This document shows, piece after piece, positions 60,601 to 64,000 of a stretch of DNA of 64,000 nt. This DNA is from an uncultured bacterium (GTDB lineage Bacteria; Krumholzibacteriota; Krumholzibacteriia; LZORAL124-64-63). The notes under the pieces were generated by a model that was not told the DNA's origin, ran no database searches, and saw only the letters and a list, made by a program, of their open reading frames with translations. Made by a program: the position numbers and the translations under genes. Where the stretch lies: NCBI GenBank assembly GCA_903912525.1, contig CAIWHK010000049.1, positions 21,269-85,268 of the forward strand, given 5' to 3'. Numbering within the stretch: position 1 is the first letter of the stretch; every line of letters starts with the position of its first letter.

Positions 60601-60722
60601 AGGGCAGTGTCGTCTGGAACGGGACGGACCAGCGCGGCGGTCGCGCGCCGTCGGGCCTTTATTTCGTGGAGACCCGCGCCGGCGACCAGGTGGACGTGCG
60701 CAAGGTGACGATGTTGAAGTGA
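57636..60722 (+). CDS. Large secreted protein with FlgD-Ig C-terminal domain, paralog B
   Basis: Colinear with paralog A over its full length ('RNFVYYGGP', 'RFDMAANIS', 'FDLPDTGMLFPGDVL', 'SGVGNGLGGRAT', 'KVTMLK'). Confidence 0.85.
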   Translation: MTTLRHSGALMLAIAVLMAAAVAHASAAAGRSLAGVSAREWTPTSTVPVTTYGGGAGKAVVDTVTLMGPGGVYPYRGDFETVSPRPAAEGRLADGWTSIDYTSPINGWHVDTYRNPFTGKAAWCGDLAIASCGSDPAGGYGNNWYGMLEFRKTVGAAPATVRVQANVQYDCEPAYDYLMLQRRTAAAPAFEPVATGQGLSWDGIGTTAVDYTFMWTAAELLGGTDIAVAFVFDADGGWSDADCSYPSDGAARVDDVIVTVNGTATYSEDFEDGALGPDWAATPNQGVGDYARVWDSAGDLDDCAANYSRLVAFLDDGLVVPGTGGTRGTTGMDYGPGGWVVNGRGGMLGYNNGLDNSILSPVMDLPDPTAGGLTLAFDVYRHETYSTSSAGVFYTWDIRSTEGGDITQAAWVNRNFVYYGGPAWVRAVNQADDLLVPGATQAQVRLSAMQFNWFFCYGCGWGIPTPAPYFDNVNVKAYRGTGPRIVVTDIRLASDVFPASGALDLANLAANSCRFDMAANISLKTHNRNDPGDSIWIEATPRSGGTLSTPVMHWKFANKNPLFTDAHRTALASGQMEGNVAGRVTRTATGTIVANRWNFDLPDTGMLFPGDVLHYYFAATDVVAGDTRTSTAPADLAGYGRPNPLTYPAVFTVNCLPSVSDAQGTQPTILLWNDAGNRGNDDEWNTALQLLCQVGGLDYDVFNTHGAASGVGNGLGGRATVSQITGYADMLYTCGDLGAFTLSNGDYNVDAGNDLGLLEAWLGLGTRDLFAAGDDLAASLYASGTAGRDFLANRLGAAYVDGDVRDNIDGQDQPRVVRVSGNPVFTTANAWTVNGGCPTFNDFDYVTPLPGAVRLAQFTGTDGTSTPYTAAAAILKVNGTSRVVSLNHDLSYIIDNAKAASPLPYRARVISNVLDYFQAMLNFGDCYAGTPPLPGVPGSFAVTSYPNPFNPSVTLHYSLPKPGPVTMKVFDARGTLVRTLLDGPVETAEGSVVWNGTDQRGGRAPSGLYFVETRAGDQVDVRKVTMLK

Positions 60723-60751
60723 CGATGCTGAAGTGACGATGCTGAAGTGAC
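60705..60751 (+). repeat. 14-bp tandem repeat (x3.3) spanning the paralog B stop codon
   Basis: GTGACGATGTTGAA GTGACGATGCTGAA GTGACGATGCTGAA GTGAC. Confidence 0.9.
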
Positions 60752-60768
60752 CGCCCCGCCGGCCACCC

Positions 60769-60787
60769 ACTTGCGCCGGCGCAAGTC
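60769..60787. repeat. Intergenic palindrome, copy 5 (perfect 18-bp)
   Basis: ACTTGCGCCGGCGCAAGTc between convergent genes. Confidence 0.85.
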
Positions 60788-60828
60788 ACGACGGTTTCGC
60801 GGCGAGGCGCCGTGACGCATGCAGTGAA

Positions 60829-60858
60829 AACGGGCCGGGCATCACAGCCCGGCCCGTT
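60829..60858. terminator. Bidirectional terminator
   Basis: AACGGGCCGGGC-ATCACA-GCCCGGCCCGTT, with an A-run that gives a U tract on the minus strand. Confidence 0.75.
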
Positions 60859-60907
60859 CGCGTTTCCAGCCTTGGTCGCGCCCGAAGCGGCCCGACCGTG
60901 CGCCCGG

Positions 60908-63712
60908 CTACTTCACCTCGGGCAGCAGCACCACCTTCACCGTGTTGTCCGGCGCCAGCGCCTTGCGCAGCGTGGTCGTGACCAGGTCGTTGTTCAGCCC
61001 GTCGATCAGCTCGCCCCGCTTCAGGATCAGGTGCGGGTCGGTGCCCTGGCGCTGGTGGCGGGCCAGTTGGTCCAGCCAGAAGTCGTTGCGCTTGAGGGCC
61101 GTCTCGTCGTCGCGGCGCTGGGTGGCAATGACCTTGTCCAGCGTGGCCTGGTCGACGCCCACTCCGGCGACCTGGACCAACTGCTCCCACACGGCGGCCG
61201 TCAGTTCGTCGACGCGCGCGGGGTCGCAGCCCCAGCTGATCGTCAACTGGGTGTAGCCGAACGGGATCCGGTTCAGGCCGCCGCCGACGCGGACGCCGTA
61301 TGTGCCGCTCTTGTCCTCGCGGATCGCCTCGCGCAGGCGGATGCGCAGGACGTCGATCAACGCCTCCATCGCGTACTGTTCCTCCCAGCTCCAGTTGTGC
61401 TCGCCGAAGGCGTCGATCTCGACCATTGCCTTGGGTTCGGTGCCGCGGTGCAGCGTGCGCTCGCGCTTGCCGTGCGGGATGGGCACGCCCTCGTTGCGCC
61501 AGTTCTCGCTGCGGCCGTTCCCGGGCAGGTTGCCCAGCCACGTGCAGACCAGCGGCTCGGCCTTGGCCAGGTCGATGGCGCCCACCAGGAAGAACGTGAA
61601 GTCGCTGCAATCGCCGAAGCGGTCACGGTAGAAGGCCACCGAACCGGCCAGGTCGAGTTTGTCCAGGTCCTCGACGCGCGGCGGCTGCCGGCGCGGGTGT
61701 CCGCCCGTGATCATCGTCGTGACGCTGTCGCGGAACGCCGATTCGGGGTCCGCGGCGCGATTCTGCAGGAACGAGCGCTGCCGCTCAAGCAGCGACTTGA
61801 AGGCCGTGGCGTCCTCGCGCGGCGCCGTGACCAGCAGGTACGTCATCTGCATCAGCGTCTCGAGGTCCTGCGGCGATGCGTTGCCGCGCAGTCCTTCCTC
61901 GTAGCTGGAGATGTACGGCGACACGCGCACCAGCTTGCCGGCCAGCTTCTTCTGCAGGGCATTGGCGTCGAAGGCTCCGGCGCCGCTGCTGGCGACGATG
62001 CTCGCCCCCGACGTCACGCGGTCGTACTGCTCGTCGTCCAGCACCAGCGACGAGCCGCCGGGGCTGGTGGCCCACATCAGGATCTCGTCGTTCTTGAAGT
62101 CGGTGGGCTTCAGGACCACACGCACGCCGTTGGCCAGCGTCCAGGTCGTCGTGCCCAGTTCCGCGTCGCTTTCGCGCTTCGTGATCGCCACGGGCGCGGG
62201 CTGCTTCGGCACCAGCGGGGCGTCCACCGTGGCGTCGACATAGGCGGGAATGGTGCGCGCGGTGACGTCCTTCATGATCGCCGTCAGCGCCGCTTCGTCG
62301 GGGATGATCAGGCCTTCGCGTTGCGGGGCGTCGACGGTGACCACCCGGCTGCCCTTGTCGACCATCTCGCGCAGGCGCGACTCGACCTCGGGCAGGCCGA
62401 TGCCCGGCAGCAGGTCGCGGGCCAGCGCCAGCCGCTGCGTGGCGTCGGCGTAGGGCGTGCCGCGCAGGAAGTGCCCCTGCAGCGAGCGCGCCAGCCGCTG
62501 CGAATCGGTCTTGCCCATCTCGGCGGCCGACTGCTCGGCCTGCCGCAGGATCTCGGACTTGGCGCGGTCGAGCTCACCCTGCGTGAACCCGTGCTGGCGC
62601 GCCCGCTCCAGTTCCGTCAGCAGGGCCTCGAAGCCGCGCGCGACGCCGTCTTCCTTCACCTGGGCCTGCATGGCGAACGAGCCCTTCGTGCGCACCATGC
62701 GGCGGTCCATCGCAAAGGCGCCGCTGAACGGGGGATCGGCCTGCCGCGCCAGTTCGCCGAAGCGGGCGCGCAGCATGGCGTTGGCCAGCGCGCCGCGCAG
62801 GCCGTCGCGGTAGTCGCCCACCGTGGCTTCCGGCCATACCGCGTGCTTGACCTGCAGCGAGATGCCCGTGCCCGAGGCCTCGGGGTCGGTCGTGATCGCG
62901 AACAGCGTCTGGGCATGGTCGGGCACCGCCGGCTGCAGCAGCGGGCGCACCTTCGCCGGGTTCTTCAGCGGCGCGAACCGCTCGCGGATCGCCTTCTCGA
63001 TGGCGGCCGGGTCGAAGTCGCCCACGGCGACGACAGCCATCAGGTTGGGGCGGTACCAGTCGCGGTAGTAGCGGCGCAGCGTTTCGTAGGGCGCGTTGCG
63101 CAGGATCTCGGGATCGCCGATGGTGTTGCGGTCGGCGTACTTCGAGCCGTGGAAAATGACGGGCAGCTGCTTGTCGTACATGCGCTCGTCGGCGCCGCGG
63201 CCCAGCCGCCACTCCTCGATGACGACGCCGCGCTCCTTGTCGATCTCCGCATCCTCGAACGACACCTTGTGGGCCCAGTTCTCCAGGATGCGCAGGCCGG
63301 TGTCCAGCACCTCGGGCTTGTCCGTCGGCACCTGCAGCATGTACACGGTCTCGTTCTGGTTCGTGTACGCGTTGACCTCGGGGCCGAACTGCATGCCGGC
63401 GGACTCCAGGTAGTCGATCAGCGCCTGCTTCGGGAAGTCCTCGGTGCCGTTGAAGCACATGTGCTCGATGAGGTGCGCCAGACCCAGCTGGTCGTCGTCC
63501 TCGTCGACGGCGCCCGCGCCCACCACCAGCCACAGCGCCGCGCGCTGCTCGGGCTTCGCGTTCTGCCGGATGTAGTAGCGCAGGCCATTGGGCAGTGTGC
63601 CCGTGGTGACCGCGGGATCGACGGGCAGGGGGGCCGTCAGTTCGAGGGCCGGCGCCAGGGCGGGCACGAGCAGGATCGTGAACGCCAGCAGGCAGAGCAG
63701 GCGGCGGGTCAT
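60908..63712 (-). CDS. M16 family zinc metallopeptidase (PqqL-like), periplasmic
   Basis: Inverted zincin 'HLIEH', 'NAYT', 'ERGVVIEE', 'WYRP', second-half 'LANGVRVVLKPTDFK'; signal peptide. Confidence 0.93.
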   Translation of the reverse strand: MTRRLLCLLAFTILLVPALAPALELTAPLPVDPAVTTGTLPNGLRYYIRQNAKPEQRAALWLVVGAGAVDEDDDQLGLAHLIEHMCFNGTEDFPKQALIDYLESAGMQFGPEVNAYTNQNETVYMLQVPTDKPEVLDTGLRILENWAHKVSFEDAEIDKERGVVIEEWRLGRGADERMYDKQLPVIFHGSKYADRNTIGDPEILRNAPYETLRRYYRDWYRPNLMAVVAVGDFDPAAIEKAIRERFAPLKNPAKVRPLLQPAVPDHAQTLFAITTDPEASGTGISLQVKHAVWPEATVGDYRDGLRGALANAMLRARFGELARQADPPFSGAFAMDRRMVRTKGSFAMQAQVKEDGVARGFEALLTELERARQHGFTQGELDRAKSEILRQAEQSAAEMGKTDSQRLARSLQGHFLRGTPYADATQRLALARDLLPGIGLPEVESRLREMVDKGSRVVTVDAPQREGLIIPDEAALTAIMKDVTARTIPAYVDATVDAPLVPKQPAPVAITKRESDAELGTTTWTLANGVRVVLKPTDFKNDEILMWATSPGGSSLVLDDEQYDRVTSGASIVASSGAGAFDANALQKKLAGKLVRVSPYISSYEEGLRGNASPQDLETLMQMTYLLVTAPREDATAFKSLLERQRSFLQNRAADPESAFRDSVTTMITGGHPRRQPPRVEDLDKLDLAGSVAFYRDRFGDCSDFTFFLVGAIDLAKAEPLVCTWLGNLPGNGRSENWRNEGVPIPHGKRERTLHRGTEPKAMVEIDAFGEHNWSWEEQYAMEALIDVLRIRLREAIREDKSGTYGVRVGGGLNRIPFGYTQLTISWGCDPARVDELTAAVWEQLVQVAGVGVDQATLDKVIATQRRDDETALKRNDFWLDQLARHQRQGTDPHLILKRGELIDGLNNDLVTTTLRKALAPDNTVKVVLLPEVK

Positions 63713-63928
63713 GGAGGCTTCCTTTCACCGGGGGAGCAGTCGCCGGGCGCGCAAGGGGCCCGGCCAGACGGTAACTTGTAGCACCGGGCGGGGTTGGCGG
63801 TCAATGTCGCCGCGCGCCCATCGCCGGGGGTTGACGTCCGTGACTGAAACAGGATAAAATATACCCGAAACACAAACGGGCGTTCGATGTGCCCGGTCGC
63901 CAGCCGGTCCAACCGAGGGATACAACCC

Positions 63929-64000
63929 ATGTCGCCCAATCGTTCCCGCCTGAGTCCTGCGTTGCGGATCGTCCAGGGGGCGCTCCTGGCCATCATTGCC
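63929..64000 (+). CDS. 5' end of a gene running off the window (signal-peptide-like)
   Basis: GAGG RBS, MSPNRSRLSPALRIVQGALLAIIA...; upstream TTGACG-N18-TAAAAT. Confidence 0.5.
   Translation, partial: MSPNRSRLSPALRIVQGALLAIIA

Overview
GC-rich bacterial chromosome segment with about 50 CDS. I saw no rRNA, tRNA, CRISPR array or mobile element. The abundance of secreted proteins ending in FlgD-Ig/T9SS-type-A-like C-terminal domains, plus one ending in a 'VPTESQTWGALKAEFR' tail, suggests an FCB-related candidate phylum such as Krumholzibacteriota or Latescibacterota (inference only). Main blocks: a Calx-beta surface protein; tandem HesB/IscA-like genes; gpmI; an SCO-coxA-coxC-coxD-coxB(cyt c)-ctaB A2-type oxidase operon; corA; an FGE-like/sulfatase pair; a TPP riboswitch ahead of TonB receptor-thiN-SSS transporter-DUF2871; an MFS transporter; an S8 protease; sufCBDSUT; a TMTC-like GT-C/TPR protein; a ten-gene heme operon hemCDBLENHY-ccsA/hemX-hemA; two paralogous ~1000-aa secreted proteins; and an M16 peptidase. 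Highlights: (1) a HesB-like selenoprotein missed by the ORF track (in-frame UGA aligned to Cys, with a SECIS-like hairpin) directly beside its Cys paralog; (2) five intergenic copies of the palindrome GACTTGCGCCGGCGCAA; (3) an in-frame amber stop in hemE inside an otherwise intact operon; (4) a near-perfect sigma28 promoter before an orphan flagellar-rod-domain mini-gene; (5) an IscR-like operator before sufC; (6) two kinds of C-terminal sorting tails.
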